A stretch of DNA of 64,000 nt from Candidatus Latescibacterota bacterium (GTDB taxonomy: Bacteria; Latescibacterota; UBA2968): assembly GCA_965198115.1 (NCBI GenBank), contig OZ240241.1:896001-960000 (forward strand). Direction: 5' to 3'. The notes below the pieces were generated by a model. It was not told the DNA's origin. It made no database searches and saw only the letters and a list, made by a program, of their open reading frames with translations. How positions within the stretch are numbered: the stretch's first letter is position 1; each line of letters opens with the position of its first letter. A program made the position numbers and the translations under genes. This document shows positions 1-11,056 of this stretch, piece after piece.

Positions 1-3000
1 CTGGACGCGAAGCAGAAGGCGAATCGCGAGCTGGCCGTCGAGGCAGCGCTGGAGCGGGTGCGGGGCAAGGCGCTGGCGATGGAGAGCGAGGAGAACCTGA
101 CCGGAGTTGCGATCTCTATAGCCGAAAGTTGAAGGGGTTGGAGTATCGACCTCAGCGAATCACCCTATCGACACTCAGCCAGGACGAGATGCTCTTGAAT
201 AACTGCAAGGCACTCGTCGACGGTGAGGCCACCGATCCCAGCGGCGTTCCGATGTTCAGGGTCCCGGTCGACGAGCTCAATCCATCGCTCACGGAATCGT
301 TGAATGGCGTAAAGCGTGGCGATCGATTCGAGCACTTCGTCTTAGAAGGCGCGGAGCTGGAAGACAGACGGACATGGCGCAGACAGGTCGCACCCGGGAC
401 GGAAATGGCAGATGGGTCGGAAGCAACCTACGAGGGGATCTTCGGGAGAGAGGTTGATCGTGAGCACCACTACTCGTTTTTCTACCGGAATGGCTGGCTG
501 AGGCTCGTCAACGAGACAGAAATATCCGAGGAAGAAATCGAGACAGGGATACGCTTCGCCCGGCTGTTCGAATTCGCACACGATCAATTCCGTGAACTTG
601 AAGCCAAGCAGGTTCGCGCGCGAGAAGCCGAAGTCGAGGCGTCACTCGAGCGCGTCCGGGCGTGGGCGCTGGCGATGGAGAGGGAAGAAGATCTGTCCTC
701 CGTGGCTGCCAGCATCGGTGAGGAGCTCAAAGGCCTCGACTACAATCCGAATCGTATCAGGATTCAGGTCATCACTGATGACCGGACAGGCATGCGGAGC
801 TGGAGCGCGCTCTCACCGGGTGGGAGCACGCGGTCAACTGTGCTGGAGGGAGAGCTGCACACCTTCGCGTCTGTACATTCGGAGCTCCGTGGAAACCACG
901 AGCGTTCCATCGAGCGCCTGGATGCGGGCGATCCGTCGGAGCATTTCCTGATTGCCGGCGAAGAGCTGGAGAGCACGCGTAAGAGGCGGCAGGAGGCCCT
1001 GGGACAGACACCGTATGCTGAGGTATACGGGGACCCGATGGATCAGGAGAATCAATACTCGTTCTTCTTCAAGAACGGCTGGCTGCGGCTCGTCGCTGAA
1101 GACGAGATCTCCGAGGGAGAGGTCGAGACGGGCATCCGCTTCGCGAAGCTGTTCGAGTTCGCCTACGACCGATTTCTGGAGCTGGATGCGAAGCAGAAGG
1201 CGAACCGCGAGCTGGCCGTCGAGGCGGCGCTCGAGCGGGTGCGCGGTCAGGCACTGGCGATGGAGAGCCAGGACGATCTGAACGGTGTGGCTGACGCGAT
1301 CTTCGCGGAGCTGAGCGGACTCGATTTCGATCTGCACCGGACGGCCGTCACGATCATTCGTTCGGAATCCGATGTCGTGAAGAACTGGCTCGCGAGCGAG
1401 GCGATCGCGGCAGATGACGTCGAGCGGACGATCTACATCGAGCAGCCGAAGGCGGACATCTACAGCGCCGAGACGCAGGGCGTCGAACAGCGCGAGCAGG
1501 AAGAAGCGAAAGCGCGTGGCGAGCATCTCTATCACTTTGCGCTCGACGGCGAGGCGCTTCAGCACCGGTTTGAGGAGCTCGAGTCGATGTGGAACGTCAC
1601 GTTCCGCGAGAAGCCGGCTTCCGAGCATCAGTATCGACTGCTGTTCGACGCCGGTCACCTCTCGATCATCGTCGAGGAAGAGCTCACGGACGAGCAGATC
1701 GACGTGGGTCACCGGTTCGCGCGGCTGTTCGAGTACGCCCACGACCGCTACCTGGAGCTCGTTGCCAAGGACCGTCAGAACCAGGCGCTGCTGCTCGAGG
1801 GTGCGCTCGAACGCGTGAGGTCACGCGCGCTGGCGATGGAAGGGACGGACGAGCTGCACGAGGTGGCGGGGGTCCTGCGCGAAGAGATTCTGCGGCTTGG
1901 GCTGGAACCCCTGAATGTGGAGATCTTCATTCGGGATGAGGCCGACAACATCGGTCGATGTTTCGCCTACAATGAAAGCGGCAAGGCCTATGAAGACGTC
2001 GTTTCGCTCGATGATGCGGTGGAGCAGGCCATTGGCAAGGCCATCGTAGACGCACGTACGGCTGGTGAGCCCTTCTATCACACCACCTTCACGTCGGAGG
2101 ATGACGAAGTTTGGCGTGGCCTTACTGGACGCGCTTACCCAATCCACGAATTGGCGTTGGAATCCGTCCAGGCATACTGGTTCATCTTCCCGCACGGCAG
2201 TCTGACGGTGGCGTTTGAGCTCGAGCAAGATGATTCGGCCATCGGCGCCCTGATCCGCTTCGCGGAGGTGTTCGGGTTCGCCTACGAGCGGTATCAGCAG
2301 CTCGAGCTGAAGGAGCAGCAGAACCGTCAGCTGCGCCTCGATGCCGTGCTCGAACGCATCCACGCGGAAGTTGCGGGCATGACGCAGGCGGAAGACGTGG
2401 GCCAGGTGCTTGGTTTGATCCACGACGGTGCGCGCGAGATGGGCATACCCGATGCGTACATCACGTTCGGTACCCTCATGGACGGTCATCAGATGCTGTA
2501 CCTCCTGTCCGACGACGAGTTTGGCGTCGAACCTTTCCGGCGCTCCATCTATCGTGACCTCCACTTATACCGTTGGGATGATGGGGAGAAGACGCAGGAG
2601 GAATTCGATGCGGGTCGAATTTACGAGATCCGCATTCGCCATCATACCGAAGAGACCCGTCAGAACCTGGCGCGACAGTATACCAGCGGGCAGCGGGACC
2701 TTGCGCCGCGTTCCGCCATGGACGTTCCCCTTTCCTACGGCATGCTCGGGTTCCATTCCATGGAGGCGAACCGCTTCACGTCACCGCAGGAGCAGGAGAT
2801 CGGAAAGGTATTTGCCGAGGTGATGGAGCTCGGATGGGCGCGGTTCCTCGATTTCCGACGACTCGAGGAGCAGAACCGCGCCCTCGAGCAGGCCAACGAG
2901 GAGATCCAGGAAGCGACGCGTCTGAAGTCGCAGTTCCTCGCGACCATGTCTCACGAGTTGCGCACGCCGATGAACGCCATCATCGGGTTCACGCGTCTCG

Positions 3001-4465
3001 TACTGCGTCGCGGCGCGGAGAAGCTGGACGATCGTCAGCGTGGTAACCTAGAGAAGGTCGGGGCGAGCGCCAACCACCTGCTCAGCCTGATCAACGATAT
3101 CCTCGATCTGTCGAAAGTCGAAGCCGGTCGCGTCGACATCAGCCCGCATACGTTCGAGTTGAAGCCCGTCATCGAAGACGCCTGCGCCACTGTCGGCCCG
3201 ACCCTCGGCAAGCCGTCCGTCAACCTCGAGTTCGATGTCGAAAGCAGCATCGGCGAGGTCTATACCGATGAGTCCCGATTACGGCAGATCATCATCAACC
3301 TCCTCAGTAACGCATTAAAGTTCACCGACGAAGGATCCGTAAAAGTCACTTCGACGCAGTCGGTTAGTCCGGGGGATTCCCCCGATCTGGTCATATCGGT
3401 TACCGATACGGGCATCGGCATTCCCGAGGATGAGATGGCCAACATCTTCGAAGAATTCCGTCAGGTCGATGGGACGAGCACACGACGCCATCAAGGCACC
3501 GGTCTGGGTCTCGCCATTACCGCAAAATTCGTCGAACTCCTCGGCGGCGAAATCGGGGTCGCCAGCGAAGTAGGCGAGGGATCGATTTTTACGATTCGAA
3601 TACCGTCACGCTATGATCAACCTGTTGCAGGGGAGCAGGGAACAGGGAGCGGTGGGGACGCGTTGACACAGCCGACTGCCGACCTGTCCGCCGAAGCCTT
3701 GGCGGAGGCGGACCGCCCACCGACCGCCGACGGCAAGCGCACCATCGTCTCAATAGATGATGATCCAAACGTAGCCGTCCTGTTGCGACAGGAACTGGAA
3801 GACGATGGTTATTCCGTTATCTCCGCACTCAATGCGGACGAAGGAGTCGCATTGGTCAAGCAGCATCAGCCGATCGCCGTAACCGTCGACATCCTGATGC
3901 CCGGCAAAGACGGCTGGCAAACGATCGCGATGCTGAAGGACGACCCCGACACGCGCGACGTCCCGATCGTGATCGTGTCGGCGATGGACAACCGCGACCT
4001 CGGTTTCAGCCTCGGCGTCCACGACTACGTCGTGAAACCGTTCGATCGCGACGCGTTGATCAACGCGCTCGGCCGGATCGATCACGGCAGTGTCAAGGAC
4101 GTGCTCGTCGTCGATGACGAAGCCGTCGCGTGCGACCTCATCTGCGAGATCCTGGATGACGGTGGCTACACGACACGCCGCGCCCACAATGGACGCGAGG
4201 CCCTCGATCGCATCCGTGAACAGAAGCCGGACGCCATCTTCCTCGACCTGATGATGCCGGAGATGGATGGCTTCGCCGTCATCGAGGCCCTTCGGAAACG
4301 GATATGGCCTCGATCCCCATCATCGTCGTGACAGCCAAGGACCTCACGCAGGAAGAGGAACAATACCTCGCCGCCCACGTCAATCGGGTGGTGCAAAAGG
4401 GGACGTTGGATCCGGATGATTTGGGGGTGACGTTGAGGGAAGCCCTGTCGAGGTGGGATGGGTGA
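1..4465 (+). CDS. Hybrid sensor histidine kinase (tandem GAF-like modules, HisKA, HATPase, 2 receivers); 5'-partial, apparent frameshifts at ~126 and ~4295
   Basis: Main ORF 129..4331 has H-box FLATMSHELRTPMNAI, N-box QIIINLLSNALKFT, G1 DTGIGI, G2 GTGLGL and two REC domains. Frame 1 from base 1 (LDAKQKANRELAVEAALERVR) continues the repeat, and a shifted frame after ~4295 (DMASIPIIVVTAKDLT) completes REC2 at TGA 4463-4465. Confidence 0.9.
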
Positions 4466-4496
4466 TAGGGCCCAGAGGGCCAAGGACATTGATGTT

Positions 4497-4627
4497 GTAG
4501 GACCAAGCTCTGCTTGGGAAGGCTCCCCTGGTTTGCAAGAGAGCCAGAACCTGGCAATGCTGCTGGCTCTACGGCGGGCAAGATAGGTCAGTGATAGGCC
4601 CGTTCCAAGGCGGGAGCCTGGTCCTAC
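4497..4627. repeat. GTAG-family REP doublet (REPIN) upstream of the RAYT gene
   Basis: GTAGGACCAAGCTCTGCTTGG at 4497 and an inverted GTAGGACCAGGCTCCCGCCTTGG ending at 4627. A further minus-strand GTAGAGCCAG..CTGGCTC palindrome lies between them. Confidence 0.75.
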
Positions 4628-4719
4628 AGCCTTAGCCAGCTTTGGCAATCAGTTACACCAAACGTCAGGTCATCATGCCAAAGAAGAGATTCAAACATAG
4701 CAATCTGAGAGAGGGCAGG

Positions 4720-6093
4720 GAGCTATAATCAAAAGGTGTGGAAAAAGAGAAAGGGCGACCCTACCCTTCCCGTGAGATAGTTGATTCACACAAAACCGGG
4801 TGAGAGGCCCGGTTGGGAAGGAGGATCGCCGTGAAGGAACATACGCATAGAACCCCATTGAAGTCCATGCCGACGTGGGAGACGGTTGACGATTGGATCC
4901 GTGAAGAGATCCAGAGCCGGTTCCAGTCCATTCTGGAGGAGGAGGCGACCGCGTTCTTGGGCCGGTCGTGGTATGAGCGCCGAGCCGAGGTCGATAGCTC
5001 CACGGGCTACAGGAACGGCTACGGCAAGCCCCGGCGTCTCTCGACGAGCTGCGGAACGATCAAGGTCCGGCGTCCCCGGGTTCGTGGTCTGGAAGAGCGG
5101 TTTGAAAGCCGCATCCTCCCCCTGTTCGCCCGGAGAACCAGGGCCATTGGAGATCTGCTTCCCGACCTTTATCTCCACGGTCTCTCCCAGGGCGACTTCG
5201 AGTTGTCTTTGCGTGCGCTGCTCGGTGATGGCGCGCCGCTTTCGCCGACCTCGATCGCTCGTCTTCGAGGGAAGTGGGAGGTCGACTTCCAGGACTGGAA
5301 AGAAAGGCGTCTGGATAATCGCGAACTGGTCTACGCCTGGGCTGATGGCATCTACGTCAAAGCCGGGCTCGAGCGCGAGAAGGCGTGTCTGCTGGTCGTG
5401 ATCGGCGCGATGAGCGACGGCAGCAAGGAGATCCTGGCGATAGAACCCGGTTATCGAGAGTCTACAGAATCCTGGCTCACGGTGCTCCGGGATCTCCGGG
5501 ATCGCGGGCTCGAACATCCTGTCCTGATCGCCGCGGACGGGAATATGGGCATCTGGGCGGCCGTTGATCAGGTCTGGCCAGAGAGCCGGCAACAACGGTG
5601 CTGGAACCACAAGATCCTCAACGTGCTCGACAAGGTCGCCAAGCGTGCACAGGCTGAAGCCCGCGCACTGCTCGTCCAGATCCCCTATGCCGGCACGAAA
5701 AAGGAGGCCGAGAAGCTCCGGAAACGCTTTGCCGCACGGTATCGCTCACAGTTCCCTGCCGCCGTGGAGACGCTCGAAAGAGACTGGGATCGGATGGTCA
5801 CGTTCTACGACTTCCCGAAGGAACACTGGAAACACCTGAGAACCACGAACGTCGTCGAGAGCCCCTTTGCTTCCGTTCGGCTTCGCACAAACGCCGCCAG
5901 GCGATTCAAGAAAGTCAGGAACGCCACGACTCTCATCTGGCGTACGCTCAAGGTCGCAGAGAGCCGATTCAGGAAACTCACCGCGCCACACTTGCTACAA
6001 CAAGTCTACGATCAGAAACACTCAACCGGACCGCAGGTCGAAGCCGGGAAGATGGCCGCCTGATTTCTTTTACACACCTATTGACCTGAGCTC
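4720..6093 (+). mobile_element. IS256-family element, subtype A copy 1 (1374 bp)
   Basis: Imperfect TIRs GAGCTATAATCAAAAGGTGTG / GAGCTCAGGTCAATAGGTGTG; 8-bp TSD AGGGCAGG at 4712-4719 and 6094-6101. Confidence 0.95.
4831..6063 (+). CDS. IS256-family (mutator-type) DDE transposase
   Basis: Motifs GYRNGY, YLHGLSQGDF, WADGIY, QRCWNHK, LRTTNVVES; GTG start after the GGAAGGAGG RBS. Confidence 0.95.
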   Translation: MKEHTHRTPLKSMPTWETVDDWIREEIQSRFQSILEEEATAFLGRSWYERRAEVDSSTGYRNGYGKPRRLSTSCGTIKVRRPRVRGLEERFESRILPLFARRTRAIGDLLPDLYLHGLSQGDFELSLRALLGDGAPLSPTSIARLRGKWEVDFQDWKERRLDNRELVYAWADGIYVKAGLEREKACLLVVIGAMSDGSKEILAIEPGYRESTESWLTVLRDLRDRGLEHPVLIAADGNMGIWAAVDQVWPESRQQRCWNHKILNVLDKVAKRAQAEARALLVQIPYAGTKKEAEKLRKRFAARYRSQFPAAVETLERDWDRMVTFYDFPKEHWKHLRTTNVVESPFASVRLRTNAARRFKKVRNATTLIWRTLKVAESRFRKLTAPHLLQQVYDQKHSTGPQVEAGKMAA

Positions 6094-6104
6094 AGGGCAG
6101 GTGC

Positions 6105-7481
6105 GAGGTCGAGTCAAGAGGTGTGTAAATAGATCAGGCGGCCAGCTTCTTCCCGGAGTCGATTGTGGTCATAGTTTGGTTGTGCTGTGCATAAACAACG
6201 TGTAACAGATGGGGTGCATTGAGTCGCCGGAAGCGTTTCTCGGCGACCATCAGTGTTCGCCAGATGAGAGCGCTTGCCGCGACGACCTTCTTGTAGCGTT
6301 TGGCGGCGTTGGTTCGTAACCGCACGGATGCAAAGGGGCTCTCGACGATGTTGGTCGTTCTCAGGTGGCGCCAGTGTTCTTCTGGGAAATCGAAGAAGGT
6401 GAGCATCCTATCCCAATCCCGTTCGAGTGTTGCCACCGCCTTCGGGAACTCGTTGCGATATCGTGCGACGAACTGCTTGCGCAGCTTCTCCGCATCCTGA
6501 CGCGTGCTGGCATAGGGAATCTGGACGAGCAGTGCACGAGCTTGAGGCTGCTGACGTTTGTGGATCTGGTCCGGGACGTTGAGAATCTTGTGGTTCCAGC
6601 ACCGCTGCTGACGGGTGTGCGGCCAGACCTGATCGACGGCAGACCAGATGCCCATATTGCCATCGGCCGCCATCAGAATGGGGTGATCCAAGCCGCGATC
6701 CCGTAGGTCTCTAAGGACAGCCAGCCAGGACTCGGTCGACTCGCGATACCCAGGCACCAGGCCCAGAACCTCTTTGCGGCCGTCACTCATGGCGCCGATC
6801 ACGACAAGCAGACACGCCTTATCTTTCTCAAGTCCGGCTTTGACGTAGATCCCATCGGCCCAGGCATACACGAGCTCACGATCGTCCAGGCGTCGTTCCT
6901 GCCAGGTCTGGTAATCAACCTCCCATTGACCGCGGAGGCGAGCAATCGACGAGGGGGAGAGCGGAGCCCCATCACCGAGAAGCCCTCGCAGGGCCAACTC
7001 GAAGTCGCCCTGAGACAGACCGTGGAGATAGAGCTCCGGGAGCAGTTCCCCCACCTCTCTCGTGCGCCGAGCGAACAACGGCAGAATCCTGCTCTCGAAG
7101 CGCTCCTCCAAACCGCGAACACGGGGCCGCTTGATCTGGATCGTGCCGCAAGAGGTCGACAATCGCCGCAGCTTCCCATAGCCGTTGCGATAACCGGATC
7201 CTGCATCTACGGCTTCTTTGCGCTCATACCACCCGCGTCCGAGGAACTGGGTCACTTCCTCCTCAACGATGGACTGAATGCGAACCTCGATTTCCTTACG
7301 CAACCACCCCTCAAGGGTTTCCCACGTCGGCATGGACAACGAGGGGGACTTCGACTTATGTTTTCCCACGGCGATCCTCCTTCCCACCGGGCCTGTGAAC
7401 CCGGTATTTCGTGGATATTGTTATCTCACGGGAAGTGTAGGGTCGCCTTTTCTATTTTTCCACACCTATTGATTGTAGCTC
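6105..7481 (-). mobile_element. IS256-family element, subtype B (diverged relative)
   Basis: TIRs GAGCTACAATCAATAGGTGTG / GAGGTCGAGTCAAGAGGTGTG; GGCAGGTG duplicated at 6096-6103 and 7482-7489. Confidence 0.92.
6134..7369 (-). CDS. IS256-family transposase
   Basis: Same motifs as subtype A (WADGIY, QRCWNHK, LRTTNIVES), with clearly diverged sequence. Confidence 0.95.
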   Translation of the reverse strand: MGKHKSKSPSLSMPTWETLEGWLRKEIEVRIQSIVEEEVTQFLGRGWYERKEAVDAGSGYRNGYGKLRRLSTSCGTIQIKRPRVRGLEERFESRILPLFARRTREVGELLPELYLHGLSQGDFELALRGLLGDGAPLSPSSIARLRGQWEVDYQTWQERRLDDRELVYAWADGIYVKAGLEKDKACLLVVIGAMSDGRKEVLGLVPGYRESTESWLAVLRDLRDRGLDHPILMAADGNMGIWSAVDQVWPHTRQQRCWNHKILNVPDQIHKRQQPQARALLVQIPYASTRQDAEKLRKQFVARYRNEFPKAVATLERDWDRMLTFFDFPEEHWRHLRTTNIVESPFASVRLRTNAAKRYKKVVAASALIWRTLMVAEKRFRRLNAPHLLHVVYAQHNQTMTTIDSGKKLAA

Positions 7482-8043
7482 GGCAGGTGGTCCCTCAAAG
7501 GCAGTGTCTACTCCATCACCAGCAATGCCTTGGAAGCCTTTCTGGTTGATCCACAGCACCCCCTCGCATCTGAGTGCGCCCCAATCATTGTGGACTCGAT
7601 CAAGTGGCAACACGAGTACGGTCATGTCGATTGCATAGCGTACACGGTGATGCCAGACCACATCCACCTGATCTTCCAGCTTATTGGGGAGAGGTCCCTA
7701 GTGTCGTGTCCCGCGAATAAGTTTTAGAAGTCTGTTGAGTTTGTCGAGGATCGAGTCAGCGGTTGCCGTCCACACGAAAGGCTTTGAGTTCTGATTGTAT
7801 TGGTCTGTGAACTTCTGGATGCAGGTGATCAGATCCTTGACGTTCCGAAAGGTTCCTCGTCGGATTGCTCTTTGTGTGATGATGCCGAACCAGATCTCTA
7901 CCTGGTTTAGCCAGGAGGCATACGTTGGTGTGTAGTGCACGTGGTATCTTTTACGTGAGGTGAGCCAACGTTTGACGTTCTGGTGCTTGTGAGTGCCGTA
8001 GTTATCGACGACCAGATGGATGTCGAGATCCTTCGGGACGTTT

Positions 8044-9417
8044 GAGCTCAGGTCAATAGGTGTGTAAAAGAAATCAGGCGGCCATCTTCCCGGCTTCGAC
8101 CTGCGGTCCGGTTGAGTGTTTCTGATCGTAGACTTGTTGTAGCAAGTGTGGCGCGGTGAGTTTCCTGAATCGGCTCTCTGCGACCTTGAGCGTACGCCAG
8201 ATGAGAGTCGTGGCGTTCCTGACTTTCTTGAATCGCCTGGCGGCGTTTGTGCGAAGCCGAACGGAAGCAAAGGGGCTCTCGACGACGTTCGTGGTTCTCA
8301 GGTGTTTCCAGTGTTCCTTCGGGAAGTCGTAGAACGTGACCATCCGATCCCAGTCTCTTTCGAGCGTCTCCACGGCGGCAGGGAACTGTGAGCGATACCG
8401 TGCGGCAAAGCGTTTCCGGAGCTTCTCGGCCTCCTTTTTCGTGCCGGCATAGGGGATCTGGACGAGCAGTGCGCGGGCTTCAGCCTGTGCACGCTTGGCG
8501 ACCTTGTCGAGCACGTTGAGGATCTTGTGGTTCCAGCACCGTTGTTGCCGGCTCTCTGGCCAGACCTGATCAACGGCCGCCCAGATGCCCATATTCCCGT
8601 CCGCGGCGATCAGGACAGGATGTTCGAGCCCGCGATCCCGGAGATCCCGTAGCACCGTGAGCCAGGATTCTGTAGACTCTCGATAACCGGGTTCTATCGC
8701 CAGGATCTCCTTGCTGCCGTCGCTCATCGCGCCGATCACGACCAGCAGACACGCCTTCTCGCGCTCGAGCCCGGCTTTGACGTAGATGCCATCAGCCCAG
8801 GCGTAGACCAGTTCGCGATTATCCAGACGCCTTTCTTTCCAGTCCTGGAAGTCGACCTCCCACTTCCCTCGAAGACGAGCGATCGAGGTCGGCGAAAGCG
8901 GCGCGCCATCACCGAGCAGCGCACGCAAAGACAACTCGAAGTCGCCCTGGGAGAGACCGTGGAGATAAAGGTCGGGAAGCAGATCTCCAATGGCCCTGGT
9001 TCTCCGGGCGAACAGGGGGAGGATGCGGCTTTCAAACCGCTCTTCCAGACCACGAACCCGGGGACGCCGGACCTTGATCGTTCCGCAGCTCGTCGAGAGA
9101 CGCCGGGGCTTGCCGTAGCCGTTCCTGTAGCCCCTGGAGCTATCAACCTCGGCTCGGCGCTCATACCACGACCGGCCCAAGAACGCGGTCGCCTCCTCCT
9201 CCAGAATGGACTGGAACCGGCCCTGGATCTCTTCACGGATCCAATCGTCAACCGTCTCCCACGTCGGCATGGACTTCAATGGGGCTCTATGCGTATGTTC
9301 CTTCACGGCGATCCTCCTTCCCAACCGGGCCTCTCACCCGGTTTTGTGTGAATCAACTATCTCACGGGAAGGGTAGGGTCGCCCTTTCTCTTTTTCCACA
9401 CCTTTTGATTATAGCTC
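8044..9417 (-). mobile_element. IS256-family element, subtype A copy 2
   Basis: Near-identical to 4720-6093; 8-bp TSD GGACGTTT at 8036-8043 and 9418-9425. Confidence 0.95.
8074..9306 (-). CDS. IS256-family transposase
   Basis: Differs from copy 1 at 3 amino acids. Confidence 0.95.
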   Translation of the reverse strand: MKEHTHRAPLKSMPTWETVDDWIREEIQGRFQSILEEEATAFLGRSWYERRAEVDSSRGYRNGYGKPRRLSTSCGTIKVRRPRVRGLEERFESRILPLFARRTRAIGDLLPDLYLHGLSQGDFELSLRALLGDGAPLSPTSIARLRGKWEVDFQDWKERRLDNRELVYAWADGIYVKAGLEREKACLLVVIGAMSDGSKEILAIEPGYRESTESWLTVLRDLRDRGLEHPVLIAADGNMGIWAAVDQVWPESRQQRCWNHKILNVLDKVAKRAQAEARALLVQIPYAGTKKEAEKLRKRFAARYRSQFPAAVETLERDWDRMVTFYDFPKEHWKHLRTTNVVESPFASVRLRTNAARRFKKVRNATTLIWRTLKVAESRFRKLTAPHLLQQVYDQKHSTGPQVEAGKMAA

Positions 9418-10250
9418 GGACGTTTTTGTCAATGTGCTTGAGGAACTGAAGGAACTCTCTGTTGCGATGTCTGGGCTTGCACTGAGTCAGGACTTTTCCT
9501 GATGCGTTGTTGAGCGCCGCAAAGAGGGTAGTCGTGCCGTGCCGTGTATAGCTGTGAGTGACGCCCTCGACATACCCGAGGCCCAAAGGGAGAATCGGTT
9601 GCGTCCGTTCGAGTGCTTGAATCTGGCTCTTCTCGTCTATGCAGAGCACCATTGCGTTGTCCGGCGGGTTCAGGTATAAACCGACGATATCCCTGACTGT
9701 CTCGACGAAGAAGGGATCGTTCGACAGCTTGAAGTGCTTCTGACGATGCGGCTGCAGTCCAAAGGCTCTCCATACACGTTGCACTGTGGACTTTGAGAGG
9801 CCCGTCTCATCGGCCATCGCTCGACAGGTCCAGTGGGTGGCATTCTTCGGCTTCTTCTTGAGCGTCTTGTAGATGAGTGAGGAGATCTCTTCGTCGCTAA
9901 CGGACCGCGGACCACCAGGACGTAACTCGTCATACAGTCCCATCAAGCCTTGCTCGCAGAAGCGACGGCGCCATTTGCCAACGGACGCTCCGGACAACCC
10001 GACTCGTTCGGCGATCTCCTGATTGGTCAGACCACCATCGCTCAGCAGGACGATCTTCGCCCGACGCACCAGAGCGTGAGGCATGCTGCGCGAACCGGAC
10101 AACGACTGGAGTTGATCGCGGACTTCATCACTGATGTTCAGTGGTTGTAACGGACGACCTCTTGCCATCGGTTCCTCCTCACAATGAGTGCCTGAGGAAC
10201 CTTACGACTGTATCACGAATTTTTCTAGTTATTCCTGAGACGAGACACTA

Positions 10251-10418
10251 GTGGGCTGTCACGTTAATCGCCCTTTAAAATCGGGAGAGCAGGGTCACTT
10301 CGAGCGGAGTCGAGAAGTCCCTATTCGCGATTCGTAATGGGCGTGTTCTCGACTACGCTCGAACTGACGCCTCTCAGTCTGGCAGCAAAAGTCCAGTACT
10401 ACTTTCGTAACAGGCCAC
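10251..10418. mobile_element. Non-autonomous MITE (168 bp) carrying a REP-like palindrome pair
   Basis: Terminal IRs GTGGGCTGTCACG / GTGGCCTGTTACG flanked by TA in CTAG; internal stem GTCACTTCGAGCGGAGTCGAGAA...TTCTCGACTACGCTCGAACTGAC at 10294-10368; no ORF. Confidence 0.75.
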
Positions 10419-11056
10419 TAGTGTCACGTCCCAGGAATAACTAGAAAAATATTCGATTCTGTCGTATGGTTCCTCAAGCACTCATTCTTGGGAGGAACCG
10501 ATGGCTAGAGGTCGTCCGTTACAGCCACTGAACATCAGTGATGAGGTCCACGATCAACTCGAGTCATTGTCTCGTTCGCGTAGCATGTCTCACGCTTTGG
10601 TGCGTCGCGCGAAGATCGTCTTGATGAGCGATTGCAGTCTGACCAATCAGGAGATCGCGGAACGAGTCGGGTTGTCCGGAGCGTCTGTCGGCAAGTGGCG
10701 TCGTCGCTTCTGCGAGCAAGGCTTGATGGGACTGTATGACGAATTGCGTCCTGGAGGGCCACGGTCGGTCAGCGACGAAGAGATCTCCTCCCTCATCTAC
10801 AAGACGCTCAAGAAGCAACCGAAGGGTGCCACCCACTGGACCTGTCGTTCGATGGCCGACGAGACGGGGCTCTCCAAGTCCTCGGTTCAACGTGTATGGA
10901 AAGCTTTTGGCCTGCAACCGCATCGACAGAAGCACTTCAAACTGTCGAACGATCCCTTCTTCGTCGAGAAAGTCAGGGATATCGTCGGTCTATACCTGAA
11001 CCCACCGGACAACGCGATGGTGCTCTGTGTAGACGAGAAGAGCCAGATTCAAGCAC

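Larger units (their letters stand above)
7698..10168 (-). pseudogene. IS630 transposase interrupted by IS256 (10168-9418 + 8035-7698)
   Basis: HTH N-terminus, DEKSQIQA, HLVVDNYGTHK, SWLNQVEIWF. It rejoins in frame (362 aa) and the stop TAG is supplied by the target CTAG. Confidence 0.9.
7701..10248 (-). mobile_element. IS630-family element, interrupted by IS256
   Basis: TIRs GTGTCGTGTCCCGCGAATAA / GTGTCTCGTCTCAGGAATAA; TA duplicated within CTAG at 7699-7700 and 10249-10250. Confidence 0.92.
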
